Below, one piece after another: positions 39,411-50,120 of a DNA stretch of 64,000 nucleotides (positions are counted from its first letter, which is position 1; the number at the start of each line of letters is the position of its first letter). Below the pieces are notes generated by a model. The model ran no database searches. It was not told where the DNA came from and saw nothing but the letters and a program-made list of their open reading frames with translations. Source of the DNA: an uncultured Candidatus Saccharibacteria bacterium (GTDB lineage: Bacteria; Patescibacteriota; Minisyncoccia; Phycocordibacterales; UBA9973); the NCBI GenBank assembly GCA_964402895.1, contig CAYODR010000001.1, positions 123,002 to 187,001 of the forward strand. Direction: 5' to 3'. A program made the translations under genes and the position numbers.

Positions 39411-40901
39411 TTACTTAGATGAATTATAAGTACTTATCGCTTCTTTCAAAGCATCTTCTATTTCTTGATTCCAATCTTCTGATATTTTTTGAAGTAAATC
39501 TTTTTGGGTTTTCTTCATAAAGTCATGAAGCCCCACTTCCCAAACCTTTACATCTTTAACCTCAATAGAATCCAAGAATCCAGCATTTAGTGCATACAAG
39601 CTTGCTATTTGAAGTGGTGTTTGCACTGGAGAATATTGATTCTGTTTTAGAACTTCAACAGATCTTTTACCTCTCTCTAAACTACTCTTAGTTTCTGGGT
39701 CAAGATCAGAATCAAATTGTGAAAAACTCTCAAGCTCACGATATTGTGCAAGCGCAAGTTTCATTGGTCCTGCAACTTTTTTCATCGCTTTGATTTGTGC
39801 AGATCCACCCACACGAGATACAGATAGTCCCACATTTACAGCAGGTCTCACTCCTTTATGGAATAGATTTGTTTCTAAAAAGATTTGACCATCTGTAATT
39901 GAGATTACATTAGTTGGAATATATGCTGATACATCTCCACCTTGTGTTTCAATGATTGGTAGCGCTGTAATAGACCCTCCTCCATGCTCATCATTTCTGC
40001 GACAAGCTCTTTCAAGCAGTCTTGAGTGTAGATAAAAAATATCTCCCGGGTAGGCTTCTCTACCCGGTGGTCTGCGCAAAAGAAGCGATACTTCACGATA
40101 AGCCACAGCGTGCTTTGAAAGGTCATCATATACGATAAGCACATCTTTGCCTTTATCCATAAAGTACTCTGCAAGAGTTACTCCAGCATAAGGGGCGATA
40201 TATGAAAGTGTTGCGCTATCTGAAGCACTAGACATCACTACTGTGGTATAAGCCATAGCACCAGATTTTTCAAGTTCTGATACTACTCTAGAAACTTTTG
40301 ATTTCTTTTGACCGATAGCAACATAGATACATATTACATCTTGATCCTTTTGGTTGATGATAGTATCAATAGCAATAGCGGTTTTACCTGTTTGTCTATC
40401 ACCAATGATCAGCTCTCTTTGTCCGCGACCAATAGGAATAAGGGCATCAATAGTTTTGATACCTGTTTGAAGTGGTTGATTTACTGATTTTCTAGACATC
40501 ACCCCTGGAGCTACACGCTCAACAGGCATTCTTTCATTAGAATTTATCTTATTTCCACCATCGATAGGTTCAAGTAGTGGATTAAGTACACGACCCACCA
40601 TTTCATCTGACACAGGTACGGAAAGAATTTGTTTTGTACGCTTTACAGTATCTCCTTCTTTTATCTCATCTGTACTACCAAGCAAAATAGCACCAACGAA
40701 GTCTTCTTCAAGGTTTAAAGCAATTCCAAAAACTCCATTTGAAAACTCAAGCATTTCTGATGACTGACAACCAGAAAGACCTGATACACGAGCAATACCA
40801 TCAGCTACAGATATAACTGTACCGATTTCATTTTGCTCTATACTACCAGAAAAACTTTCAATATTCTTTTTTATTTGGTTTATAAATGTTTCTGTATTCA
40901 T
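39411..40901 (-). CDS. atpA: F1Fo ATP synthase alpha subunit
   Basis: P-loop GDRQTGKTA and typical alpha-subunit length and organisation. Confidence 0.95.
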   Translation of the reverse strand: MNTETFINQIKKNIESFSGSIEQNEIGTVISVADGIARVSGLSGCQSSEMLEFSNGVFGIALNLEEDFVGAILLGSTDEIKEGDTVKRTKQILSVPVSDEMVGRVLNPLLEPIDGGNKINSNERMPVERVAPGVMSRKSVNQPLQTGIKTIDALIPIGRGQRELIIGDRQTGKTAIAIDTIINQKDQDVICIYVAIGQKKSKVSRVVSELEKSGAMAYTTVVMSSASDSATLSYIAPYAGVTLAEYFMDKGKDVLIVYDDLSKHAVAYREVSLLLRRPPGREAYPGDIFYLHSRLLERACRRNDEHGGGSITALPIIETQGGDVSAYIPTNVISITDGQIFLETNLFHKGVRPAVNVGLSVSRVGGSAQIKAMKKVAGPMKLALAQYRELESFSQFDSDLDPETKSSLERGKRSVEVLKQNQYSPVQTPLQIASLYALNAGFLDSIEVKDVKVWEVGLHDFMKKTQKDLLQKISEDWNQEIEDALKEAISTYNSSK

Positions 40902-40906
40902 ATGCT

Positions 40907-41290
40907 TTAGTTATTAATGATTGCTTGTTTTAGACGAGATAATTGTTTTTTGATACTTGCATCATATTCTTTACCAGAATAATAAGCGATAAATCCTCCA
41001 ATGACATCTTTTTGAATTTTATTTTGGACTTTGGTTTCTTTTTCTACACCAATGTACTTTTTAATTTCATCTAATGTGTCATTACTTACATCATGTGCTG
41101 ATATTATTTTGAGAGATGAATTGCTTTCTTTTTCTTTAGAAAAATATTCTAGATACCAAAGTATTTTTGGTACTACACCTTCAAAATGATTTACTTTTAC
41201 AAACTTTGTAAAAGCTTGAAAAATCTGATCTTGAGGTACACCTTGCTCTAAAAGAATAAATAATGCTTTTGCTATGTCTTTAGACTTCAT
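40907..41290 (-). CDS. atpH: F1Fo ATP synthase delta (OSCP) subunit, short form
   Basis: Operon position between atpF and atpA; helical ~127-aa protein. Confidence 0.6.
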   Translation of the reverse strand: MKSKDIAKALFILLEQGVPQDQIFQAFTKFVKVNHFEGVVPKILWYLEYFSKEKESNSSLKIISAHDVSNDTLDEIKKYIGVEKETKVQNKIQKDVIGGFIAYYSGKEYDASIKKQLSRLKQAIINN

Positions 41291-41291
41291 A

Positions 41292-41783
41292 TTATTTATT
41301 AACTATATCTTTGATTAGATTGTCGCCTTTTCCACTGGCTATATATCCATCAAACATTTTTTCAAGACTTGATACGACAACCTCAGCAGACTTCGTTCTA
41401 AACTCTAATTCTGCCTGAGACTGGTTTTGATCAATTTTTTCTTGAGCGCTTTTAATAATAGAATCTTTTTCTTTTTGAGCATTAGAAAGTAAATCATTCT
41501 TTTCTTTCTCTGCAGTGTCGTGAGCATTAGAAAGGATTACTCCAGCTTCTTTTTTAGCGTCAGATAAAACATCTTGATAATGAACTTCTGCGTCTGTTTT
41601 TATTTGTTCTGAAAGTTCTGCATTTTTTATTCCATCTTCTATAGTTTTTGATCTCTTATCTAGCATTTTTGATAGAGGTTTTAAAGCAAAGAAATACAAT
41701 GCCAAAAAAACCAAACCGAAGTTTACTACCTGTGCGATAAGTAATGGTAAATCAATATGAAATGTTGAGATTAGTTGATCCAT
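41292..41783 (-). CDS. atpF: F1Fo ATP synthase subunit b
   Basis: N-terminal transmembrane helix plus a long charged coiled coil; operon position. Confidence 0.7.
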   Translation of the reverse strand: MDQLISTFHIDLPLLIAQVVNFGLVFLALYFFALKPLSKMLDKRSKTIEDGIKNAELSEQIKTDAEVHYQDVLSDAKKEAGVILSNAHDTAEKEKNDLLSNAQKEKDSIIKSAQEKIDQNQSQAELEFRTKSAEVVVSSLEKMFDGYIASGKGDNLIKDIVNK

Positions 41784-41803
41784 AGAAAACTTTTAAATTA
41801 AAA

Positions 41804-42049
<246 letters not shown>

Positions 42050-42119
42050 TTAAACCATTAAAACGGATACCCCTGCAATCAATATTTATATCTATTCATT
42101 GTGAGGGTATCAGTTTTAA

Positions 42120-42983
42120 TTAAGCAATCTTGGGACTCTGCTTTTCTTCATTGGCATGCTCCTCATGTTCATGATCATCATGTGATGAGGCTGCGATTGT
42201 GAAGTAAACGATTGTTAAGATTGAGAAAATAAGTGCTTGAATAAATCCAACGAAAAATTCTAAGAATAAAAATGGGATTGGGACAAAATAAGCCACGAGT
42301 AAACTCATTGAGATAAGCAAGACTTCCCCTGCAAAAATATTCCCAAACAAACGAAATGACAAAGATGCAACTTTGGCAATTTCTCCAATGATTTCAAAAA
42401 TGCCGACAAAGAATTGTATAGGGGCTAAGACTAAGATAGTTGGATCTTTTTTGATTTTCTTTGGAATAGATAAAAATATTTCTAAATTGATATATTTATT
42501 AAACATCTTCCAAGCACCGATAGAGATAGCCCCAAATATATTTGCCCCAATCACAGATATAAGTCCGAGTGCCAGAGTTGTATTGATATCAGCCGTACCT
42601 CCACGGAAAAGCGGGACAAGTACATCGTGTCCGCCATGCTCTTGTACAAAACCAATAGATCCAACTCCTGGGAAAAATCCTAAAAAGTTATTTACTAAAA
42701 CAAAAATAAATACCGTTAAAGCTATAGGAAATATTTTATTTGATAATTTTCTATCATTAGTCACAAGGTCTGCCAGATTTAATCCTTGTTCAATAATAAT
42801 TTCAAAAATACTTTGAAAATAACTTGGAATCATTTTTATTTTTCTACGCAAAAAGAAAACACCTAAAATAATCACAAGTACTGCAATCCATGCAGTCAAA
42901 AGAGAATTGGTAATACTAAAACCACCAACCGACAAAATCGGCTCAGCAAAAAGTGTTGTTTCGTGAGATATTCCTTTAGCCAT
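42120..42983 (-). CDS. atpB: F1Fo ATP synthase subunit a
   Basis: Multi-transmembrane protein with the conserved Arg region (...ASLSFRLFGNIFAGEV...). Confidence 0.85.
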   Translation of the reverse strand: MAKGISHETTLFAEPILSVGGFSITNSLLTAWIAVLVIILGVFFLRRKIKMIPSYFQSIFEIIIEQGLNLADLVTNDRKLSNKIFPIALTVFIFVLVNNFLGFFPGVGSIGFVQEHGGHDVLVPLFRGGTADINTTLALGLISVIGANIFGAISIGAWKMFNKYINLEIFLSIPKKIKKDPTILVLAPIQFFVGIFEIIGEIAKVASLSFRLFGNIFAGEVLLISMSLLVAYFVPIPFLFLEFFVGFIQALIFSILTIVYFTIAASSHDDHEHEEHANEEKQSPKIA

Positions 42984-42985
42984 GA

Positions 42986-43228
42986 TTATAGTGTTTTTTT
43001 ATAATTCTTTATTTCTCTTAAAATAATAAAAATAGAAAATGCAAAACCTAAGATAGTGAAAATTATAGTGATGAGTGGGAAGCTAGAAAAATTCTTATCT
43101 AATCTCATTCCTAAGAAAATACTCACTAAAGCTGAAAATGTAATTGCTCCAGATACTTTTGCCAAAAAAACTATTGCTGGCTTAAACCATGGATTATTTG
43201 ATATTTTTTCTGGGCTTTGTTTTGTCAT
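42986..43228 (-). CDS. AtpI/AtpZ-like small membrane protein leading the atp operon
   Basis: 80-aa two-transmembrane protein immediately upstream of atpB. Confidence 0.4.
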   Translation of the reverse strand: MTKQSPEKISNNPWFKPAIVFLAKVSGAITFSALVSIFLGMRLDKNFSSFPLITIIFTILGFAFSIFIILREIKNYKKTL

Positions 43229-43307
43229 TTTATTTAAAGAAATACGCGCGTATTATAACCTAAAAGTGCCAAAAAACCAAACAAAAACCCCCTTTGAGGG
43301 GTTTTTG

Positions 43308-43592
43308 TTATTTGAGTAATTCTCTTTTTTTAAAATTAAATTCTTCTTCCGAAATTAATCCTTCTTTTTTCATCTCAGATAGTTTAAATAATTTATCTAT
43401 ATTACTATCTCTTGAACCCCCCGAAGATGTCTTAACCAATCCGACAATACTAAGAGGTATAGAATATAATAAAGCAAATATACCCCAACCAGCAGAAGCT
43501 TCTGCATCTTCAGATAAAAGAGCTACTATGATTATAAAACAAAATGAGAACCAAATAATACCTATAATAGATAGAATTCTTAAGCTTTTCAT
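43308..43592 (-). CDS. SHOCT-domain membrane protein
   Basis: C-terminal ...KLFKLSEMKKEGLISEEEFNFKKRELL is the SHOCT motif. Confidence 0.5.
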   Translation of the reverse strand: MKSLRILSIIGIIWFSFCFIIIVALLSEDAEASAGWGIFALLYSIPLSIVGLVKTSSGGSRDSNIDKLFKLSEMKKEGLISEEEFNFKKRELLK

Positions 43593-43632
43593 ATTTAAAA
43601 ATATATTATTAATAATTTATATAAATACTATA

Positions 43633-44583
43633 TCATATATTTATATTTATTTCATATAGTTTACTATACAAACCTGTAAATAAAATTACTGATATTGGAT
43701 ATAAAAACAACACTACTATGCTATCCAAGATAGTGGTCAATCCACCCTCGATAACATTATTAAGAACAAAAATATTTAATAAAAATAGAATAAAAAATGT
43801 TATAATATATATAAAAAAAATAAAAAAATTATGACCAAAAATAATCCAAAAATTATTATTAGTAAATAACCAAGATTTTTTTATAGAATATATAATACTT
43901 TTTTTCTTTTCTAAATAAACAAGAGCCGAGAAACCTGTTTTGATATTTAAATATAAGAAAGATATAAAAAATACCAAAATACCCAAAATAAAAGATGAAT
44001 AATATAAAAATATTGATGTACTTGAAATTAAGTTTATTATTATTCTAAAAAATAATAATACGAATATCCCAAGCGTAGAAGATATAACTAATGCCAATAT
44101 TGACGGTATTATAGAAACTAATAAAAAATAAAAATAATCTTTAAATCTCGGTAGATGACTTATTATGCTAGAAAATTTAATTTTTTCTTTTTTTCTATGT
44201 AAAAAAATTGAGATAGAAAATGTAATATAAACAAATAAAAAAGTTAGAAGTAAAACTACTAAAAATAGAGCTATATCAAAAACTAGGTTTGAATTAGTAA
44301 AAAATAATTTAGTGCAATTAATGATAAAGATAAGTAATGTAAGAGCAAAAAATACCCAGAAATTACTTTTAAGTACGCTCCAAGAATCTTTTATATTTTG
44401 TTTTATAAGAAAATTAAATTTTGTCATTTTATCTATCTGGACTAATCGTATAATAACTACCCAAGAATTGTACCATATCAAAGAATGGGTCGCCAAGTGT
44501 TTGTGTAGCATACAAAGCTCCTTTTGGATAAATATTAAAAAGATATATAACAAATCTAGGATTACTCGCCGGAAAATAACCAA
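43633..44583 (-). CDS. Hypothetical polytopic membrane protein (the ORF-track N-terminus overlaps ftsI; the real start is probably internal)
   Basis: Highly hydrophobic ORF. Confidence 0.35.
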   Translation of the reverse strand: MVIFRRVILDLLYIFLIFIQKELCMLHKHLATHSLIWYNSWVVIIRLVQIDKMTKFNFLIKQNIKDSWSVLKSNFWVFFALTLLIFIINCTKLFFTNSNLVFDIALFLVVLLLTFLFVYITFSISIFLHRKKEKIKFSSIISHLPRFKDYFYFLLVSIIPSILALVISSTLGIFVLLFFRIIINLISSTSIFLYYSSFILGILVFFISFLYLNIKTGFSALVYLEKKKSIIYSIKKSWLFTNNNFWIIFGHNFFIFFIYIITFFILFLLNIFVLNNVIEGGLTTILDSIVVLFLYPISVILFTGLYSKLYEININI

Positions 44584-46153
44584 TCAAAGAGTGCATATTT
44601 CTGTCGGTATAATATCCTTGCCCTCCACTTTTCGCCATTTGAGCAGTTCCCGTCTTGGCTGCTACAGTATAGTGCTCAAGCTTTCTGTTATAACTTTCCT
44701 CTACTGAATGAACCATCATCTTGTTAATGGCGGCAATTGATTCTGGTTTCAGTATTGGTTCAGTACTTTTTTCATATTTTAGTTTCTTTATAATTCCCGT
44801 TTCCTCACGAATTGTTTTGGCAATATGCGGAGTAACCAAATACCCACCATTAGCTAAGACTGAAAACCCTCGTACAATATTTATAGGTGTTGTTGCAATT
44901 CCTTGACCAAAAGCAGCATTGGCAAAGTTAACATCATTATTGCCACTAATACCTGACATTTGCCCATTGACTTCACCGGGCAAATCTATTCCCGTTCGCT
45001 CACCGAGCTTATATCTATCTACCATATATTCTCTAAAAGCATCTTTACCCATTTTCTGTCCGACAAAAACCATACCGGTATTTAAAGACTGACTGATAAC
45101 CTCTTGCATACTGATTACCCCTCTACCCTTTTTATCAAAGTTATTGATTGTTCTATCTTGCACCACGACAGAGCCGGTATCGTTGTAAGTAGTCTCTGGC
45201 GTGACAGCTCCTACATCAATTGCGGCAGCCATTACAAGTGGTTTAATAATAGAGCCCATCTCATATCTTCCTTGAGATAAAATATTAGTATAAATACTTG
45301 GGTCTTTTTCCAATCTATAATTATTCAAATCAAAAGTCGGTGCACCCGCCATCGCGACAATTTCCCCTGTATATGGGTCCATCACAAGTCCGCCCACACT
45401 TTCACTATTCCAATCTTTTTGAATATTATTGATAATAACTTCAAGTTGAGACTGAACGGTTGGTTCAAGTGTTGTGATAATATCACCTGTAGCGGTAGTA
45501 TTTTTAAATACAGATGATTGTACATTGGCAAAAATCTCAGCAAAAAAATTAATATATAAACTACTACCATTTCTGGTTAAAATATTATTATATTTTTCTT
45601 CAAGCCCGTATGTACCTGTAAGCAAATCACCTCCACGATAAGAGACGAAGCCCAAAGTATGTGCTGCCAAAGTATTTCCAGGATAAAATCTCCATTTTTG
45701 CCTTATCAAAAGAACTCCCTTTAATTTCATCTCAGAAATCTCATTTGCAATCTCGGTGTCTATCTTTTCCAAAATCTCTTCATAAGGATCATTTTTCTTT
45801 GTAGCTCTGCGTATAAAAATTTCTTCATCAATATCTATAACCTCACTTAGTCTTTGATAAATATATTCAGCATCTTCTATTTCATTTGGGTTTACCGCTA
45901 AAATAAAGCCGCTCTCAACAGTTGCGGCAGCAACAGTAGTACCATCTTTATCACTAAAATAAATAAGTCCACGATCAAAAGGCGCACCCGATGAAGATAC
46001 ATACTGTCTTTCAGCATCTTCTTTTGCACTATCTGAGTTTAAAATTTGTAATTGAAATAATCTTAAAACAACAAAAAAGCCCAGGAAAATAATAAGTCCT
46101 GTGAGAATATATATTCTTCTTTTTTGAATACTAGTATCCGACATTCCAAGCAA
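44429..46153 (-). CDS. ftsI: Penicillin-binding protein (class B transpeptidase, FtsI-like)
   Basis: SxxK (SIIKP), SxN, and KTG (KTGTAQ) motifs, with an N-terminal transmembrane segment. Follows ftsL and rsmH. Confidence 0.85.
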   Translation of the reverse strand: MLGMSDTSIQKRRIYILTGLIIFLGFFVVLRLFQLQILNSDSAKEDAERQYVSSSGAPFDRGLIYFSDKDGTTVAAATVESGFILAVNPNEIEDAEYIYQRLSEVIDIDEEIFIRRATKKNDPYEEILEKIDTEIANEISEMKLKGVLLIRQKWRFYPGNTLAAHTLGFVSYRGGDLLTGTYGLEEKYNNILTRNGSSLYINFFAEIFANVQSSVFKNTTATGDIITTLEPTVQSQLEVIINNIQKDWNSESVGGLVMDPYTGEIVAMAGAPTFDLNNYRLEKDPSIYTNILSQGRYEMGSIIKPLVMAAAIDVGAVTPETTYNDTGSVVVQDRTINNFDKKGRGVISMQEVISQSLNTGMVFVGQKMGKDAFREYMVDRYKLGERTGIDLPGEVNGQMSGISGNNDVNFANAAFGQGIATTPINIVRGFSVLANGGYLVTPHIAKTIREETGIIKKLKYEKSTEPILKPESIAAINKMMVHSVEESYNRKLEHYTVAAKTGTAQMAKSGGQGYYTDRNMHSLIGYFPASNPRFVIYLFNIYPKGALYATQTLGDPFFDMVQFLGSYYTISPDR

Positions 46154-46451
46154 AAGCCTTCTTAGGAGCAGAGAATGTTATTTGTTTAGCTGATTTCAGA
46201 CCTAAAGAGCTTGCGTATTCTTCTGTAAGTTTCTTTTGATTTTGTAAATAAACAAGTTCTTGTTTACCAATACTTGAAATCAAAAGTTTGATTTCATTTT
46301 GAATATCTTTTTGCTTAACTACTGAGAAAGTTATTGAGCCGATAAAATATAGATAACAAGCAAACAACATGCCTGTACCGAGCCACATGTAAGTCGTAAT
46401 GCCCCTAACTATTTTATTCAAATTTGAAGTTGTTTCTGCAAAATTATTCAT
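46131..46451 (-). CDS. ftsL: FtsL-like cell-division protein
   Basis: Small bitopic protein located between rsmH and ftsI. Confidence 0.5.
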   Translation of the reverse strand: MNNFAETTSNLNKIVRGITTYMWLGTGMLFACYLYFIGSITFSVVKQKDIQNEIKLLISSIGKQELVYLQNQKKLTEEYASSLGLKSAKQITFSAPKKAFAWNVGY

Positions 46452-46452
46452 T

Positions 46453-47355
46453 TTATTGTTTTTCTATAATTCTTAGTTTTGCACTGCGTGCTCTAGGATT
46501 TTCTAATAATTCTATCTCGCTTGGAATGATTGGTTTTTTTGTGATAACGCGTTTATCTTCTGCTCCATCTTTACTCCATCTTTTCACTACTCTATCTTCA
46601 AGAGAATGAAAGGTAATGACAGCAATCCTTCCCCCGACATTTAGGTGTGTCCACCAATTGTCTAATGCTTCCCGAACTACCTGAAGCTCATCATTAACGG
46701 CAATTCTGAGAGCTTGAAAGGTTTTTGTGGCTGGATGTATCTTTTTCTTTTTAGTAAAAAAATTGTTTTGAGGAAAAATATTTTGAATAATATCAGCAAG
46801 TTCTTTGGAGGTATCAATAGATTTTGATTTTCTAGCTTCAACGATTGCCTTAGCTATTTTTCTAGATTTTGGCTCTTCACCATATGCATAGATAATATCG
46901 GCAATAGATTCTTCTGCCCATTCATTTACAATATCATGAGCATTAAATCCTGTATGACTTCCCTCTTTTGAAAAACTCATTTGAAGTGGTGTATCGCTGT
47001 TGAAAGAAAATCCTCTATCATCATCTAATAGCTGAAAGGTGCTTGTACCCAAATCAAGCAGTACCTTGTCTACCATCTTCTCTCCAGTTTGATTTAAGAT
47101 ATAATCCGCATCTTTGAAATTGGATTGAACAAAGTAAACATTTTTAGCTAAAGAAAACTTTTGATCAAATCTAAACTTTGCTTTCTCATCTAAATCAGTG
47201 CAGATAAGCTTGATATTGTCTCCATAAACTTCAACAATCTTTTGGCTGTGTCCTCCACCGCCAAATGTTCCATCAACAACAATATCACCATCCTGAATAT
47301 TTAACCCTCTTATTGATTCATCTAAAAGAACAGAAATATGTATAACCTTGTCCAT
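46453..47355 (-). CDS. rsmH: 16S rRNA (cytosine1402-N4)-methyltransferase RsmH (MraW)
   Basis: HISVLLDE...VDGTFGGGGHS SAM-binding motif. Confidence 0.9.
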   Translation of the reverse strand: MDKVIHISVLLDESIRGLNIQDGDIVVDGTFGGGGHSQKIVEVYGDNIKLICTDLDEKAKFRFDQKFSLAKNVYFVQSNFKDADYILNQTGEKMVDKVLLDLGTSTFQLLDDDRGFSFNSDTPLQMSFSKEGSHTGFNAHDIVNEWAEESIADIIYAYGEEPKSRKIAKAIVEARKSKSIDTSKELADIIQNIFPQNNFFTKKKKIHPATKTFQALRIAVNDELQVVREALDNWWTHLNVGGRIAVITFHSLEDRVVKRWSKDGAEDKRVITKKPIIPSEIELLENPRARSAKLRIIEKQ

Positions 47356-47357
47356 GA

Positions 47358-47804
47358 CTATAAAATACCTACATTACTTAATCTCTCTGCAAGTGCATCA
47401 GCATCTTTTTCAATTCCTTTTTGAAATACATTCCAGGTATCTTCGTCCCAAATCTCAACCCTAGAATGAACGCCAATAATAGTAACCTTGCTTTTAAGAC
47501 CAGCTTTTTCCTTTAAAAAGTCTGGGATTAAAATTCTGCCTTGTGCATCTACTGAAGCCTCTGTGGCACCACCCAAAAGGTACCGGTTGAGGTTCCTCGC
47601 ATCTGCATGGAGCATTGATGAATTAGCGAGCTTTTCAGAAATTTTCTCCCATTCTTTTGTTGTGAAAACAAATAGACATTTATCAAGTCCTTTGGTGATT
47701 ACAACACTTTTGCCCATAGACTTACGAAATTTGACTGGAAACGACAGCCTTTTTTTATCATCTATGTTGTGTGTGTATTCTCCGATTAACATATTTTTTA
47801 CCAC
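47358..47804 (-). CDS. mraZ: Transcriptional regulator MraZ
   Basis: Duplicated MraZ/SpoVT-AbrB-like domains (DDKKRLSFP...DAQGRILIP). Confidence 0.85.
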   Translation of the reverse strand: MVKNMLIGEYTHNIDDKKRLSFPVKFRKSMGKSVVITKGLDKCLFVFTTKEWEKISEKLANSSMLHADARNLNRYLLGGATEASVDAQGRILIPDFLKEKAGLKSKVTIIGVHSRVEIWDEDTWNVFQKGIEKDADALAERLSNVGIL

Positions 47805-47921
47805 TTCTTCCCACTTGGTACCATTTTAACCCACAAGTACTTTACAATGCAAGTAAAAAGAATGTGGATAACCCAATATAAAAAACCCGAAGACCTATGG
47901 TCTTCGGGTTTTCAAATATTT

Positions 47922-48383
47922 TTATTCTACAGAGATAATTTCGTATTCAATAACACCCTTTGGGGCTTCTACTGATACGACATCACCTTTCTTTTTTTCA
48001 AATAAAGCACTTCCAAGCGGACTTTTATAAGATATCTTGCCTGCTAGCATGTCTGATTCTTCACTACCCACGATTGTATAGATACGATTATTTGTATCAC
48101 CAATCTTTTTGATAGTGACAGAAGATCCTACACCAATAGCACCAGTAGCTGAGGGCTCAACCACAACAGCATTGTTTAGAATATGCTCAATTGTAGAAAT
48201 TCTCTCTACGAGTCTTGCTTGAGCTTCTCTAGCGCTGTGGTACTCAGCATTTTCAGAGAGATCACCAAGAGATTTTGCATATTCAATAGCCGCGATTATC
48301 TCAGCGCGCTTTACTTGAGTGAGTTCTTGATACTCTTTCTCAAGTGCTTCTTTATTTTCTTTTGTTATATATTCTTTCTTCAT
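47922..48383 (-). CDS. greA: Transcription elongation factor GreA
   Basis: N-terminal coiled coil with acidic tip ...GDLSENAEYHSAREAQ and a C-terminal FKBP-like domain. Confidence 0.9.
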   Translation of the reverse strand: MKKEYITKENKEALEKEYQELTQVKRAEIIAAIEYAKSLGDLSENAEYHSAREAQARLVERISTIEHILNNAVVVEPSATGAIGVGSSVTIKKIGDTNNRIYTIVGSEESDMLAGKISYKSPLGSALFEKKKGDVVSVEAPKGVIEYEIISVE

Positions 48384-48484
48384 ATAATAAAATATGCTTC
48401 CCTATAATGATATCCCGTCCAAATAAATGGACGGGATATGTATTCACATTATACACCAACTTATAAAAAAAGTCTAATCAAATA

Positions 48485-49184
48485 TTATTTACCACAGGCA
48501 AATAAAAGGGTATCCGTCTTCAAAAAATTAGATATTGCTCCATTATAACCTACATTTTCCATATGAATATAAAATCTCCTATCTAAATTTGAAAATAACT
48601 CTGTTGAAGTACCGTGCACTGCAGCTAAAAGTCCAAAAACAACATCTCCTTGATAACTCATGTGGAGAGCTTTTAATTGTTCCAAACTTGTCATCCTTGC
48701 ACCTTCATTTAAGCAGGTATTCATTGAGTTTATATAATTTTGTGTACCCACACTATGAGTCCCTAATATCTCAACCACCCCCCTATTGTCCACTGAGAAA
48801 TTCCTATCATTAAAATTCGCTGATACTCCAAAATTTAGATTTTTCTGCATAGTATAGCCATCGGGAATGATATAGCATCCCGACCTCACACCTCCAGAAT
48901 TTAATGAGTTCATCATATCTAGTATTTTAGCATCCTCACAAAGCCCTCCATAAGTCTTATTTGTATCAAAATACAATTCAGCTTGAAGACCGATATTTTT
49001 TAAACTTGATTTAATAGCCGCTATTCTACCTTTAGTGCGAGCAGAATTAAGTGATGCAATGACTACTCCTGCAAGGATACCTATAATAGCTATCACTACT
49101 AATAGTTCTATGAGAGTGAAGGCTTTTCTATAAGTGGTATACCCCCCCTATTTGTCTTTTAGAGTCCGCCTTTAATTTTTTCAT
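48485..49184 (-). pseudogene. Type IV pilin-like gene whose N-terminus is out of frame because its poly-G tract is 7 nt where 6 nt would be in frame (phase-OFF copy or homopolymer sequencing error)
   Basis: With 6 G the upstream ATG at 49184 reads [40 protein letters not shown]... continuous with ORF 48485..49096. As sequenced, that frame hits TAG after 18 codons. Confidence 0.6.
49142..49148 (-). repeat. Poly-G tract (7 nt) causing the frameshift in this pilin
   Basis: The plus strand shows a-ccccccc-t. Confidence 0.6.
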
Positions 49185-49278
49185 ATAAATATTATAACAT
49201 TTATATTTATACAAACAAATACTATACGCTTCAAAATACATTCCTATTTTTAGACACGGACAAACATTCACTCCAAAA

Positions 49279-49376
49279 CAAATATGTCTTTCTGGGGGCA
49301 CGCATAAAACTCTGCTGAGTTTTTGCTACGCTCGCACCAGTCGCGCTGCGCGAGTCCCACCAGAAAGACATATTTG
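49279..49376. repeat. Hairpin element B1 (type I, inverted orientation, diverged core)
   Basis: Arms caaatatgtctttctggggg / cccaccagaaagacatatttg. The loop is the reverse complement of the A2/C2 loop, with an inner hairpin aaaactc-agca-gagtttt. Confidence 0.6.
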
Positions 49377-49414
49377 TTTTTTCATTTTGTGTATTTTTAA
49401 ATTTTAAGAACGAA

Positions 49415-49511
49415 AAACAAAGCCTTTTTGCCGTGTCTCGCAGGCTGACTGAGCCGAGAGTCAGGTGATTTCTTAGCAAAGAAATACACCGACGGCAAAA
49501 AGGCTTTGTTT
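49415..49511. repeat. Hairpin element B2 (type II, core GGCTGACTGAGCCGAG in forward orientation)
   Basis: Arms aaacaaagcctttttgccg / cggcaaaaaggctttgttt. The loop is the reverse complement of the A1 loop. Confidence 0.6.
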
Positions 49512-49611
49512 GAAGTGATGGATATTAAATAAGCAATATGGTTTTGGGGGTTTTACGATTCAAGTAAAAATACTTATTTAGACTATGTAGTAATTCTGAT
49601 ATAATAAAAAC

Positions 49612-50076
49612 ATGGAAAATATTAATATAAATAGAGTAGAAAATAACTCAGAAAATACAAACGAACAAGCTATAAATATTTCAAAAAAGCTTTTAGAAAT
49701 AAAAAATGATTTTATTTCTAAAATATCAAGTCTTATAGAAAATGATGAAAATCTTAAAAATGCTCTCAGAAAATATACAGGCTCAAGTAATGCTCAATAT
49801 CTTCTTGATGGATTTGAATTATATTTTAGTGGAGGAACATTAAACTATACAGATTTAGATTTTGAAAAAAATATATTAGCTAATCCAGAAAAGACAGCTT
49901 CATTAGAAAATATAAACTCAGTTGAAAATGAATTAAATAATAGAATAGAATCTATTACAAATATGATTTCAGATTTTTCTGGAAATGAAGATGAAGCTTA
50001 CGAATTAATAGAGCTTATACACAAAAGAGAGATTTTGCCTAAATTAAATACAGAAGAAACTCCTATATTAGTTTAA
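49612..50076 (+). CDS. Hypothetical Asn/Glu-rich protein
   Basis: 154-aa ORF; the only plus-strand gene in this neighbourhood. Confidence 0.4.
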   Translation: MENININRVENNSENTNEQAINISKKLLEIKNDFISKISSLIENDENLKNALRKYTGSSNAQYLLDGFELYFSGGTLNYTDLDFEKNILANPEKTASLENINSVENELNNRIESITNMISDFSGNEDEAYELIELIHKREILPKLNTEETPILV

Positions 50077-50120
50077 TCTAAATAAACCGCTTAATTTTTA
50101 AGTGGTTTATTTATTATATT

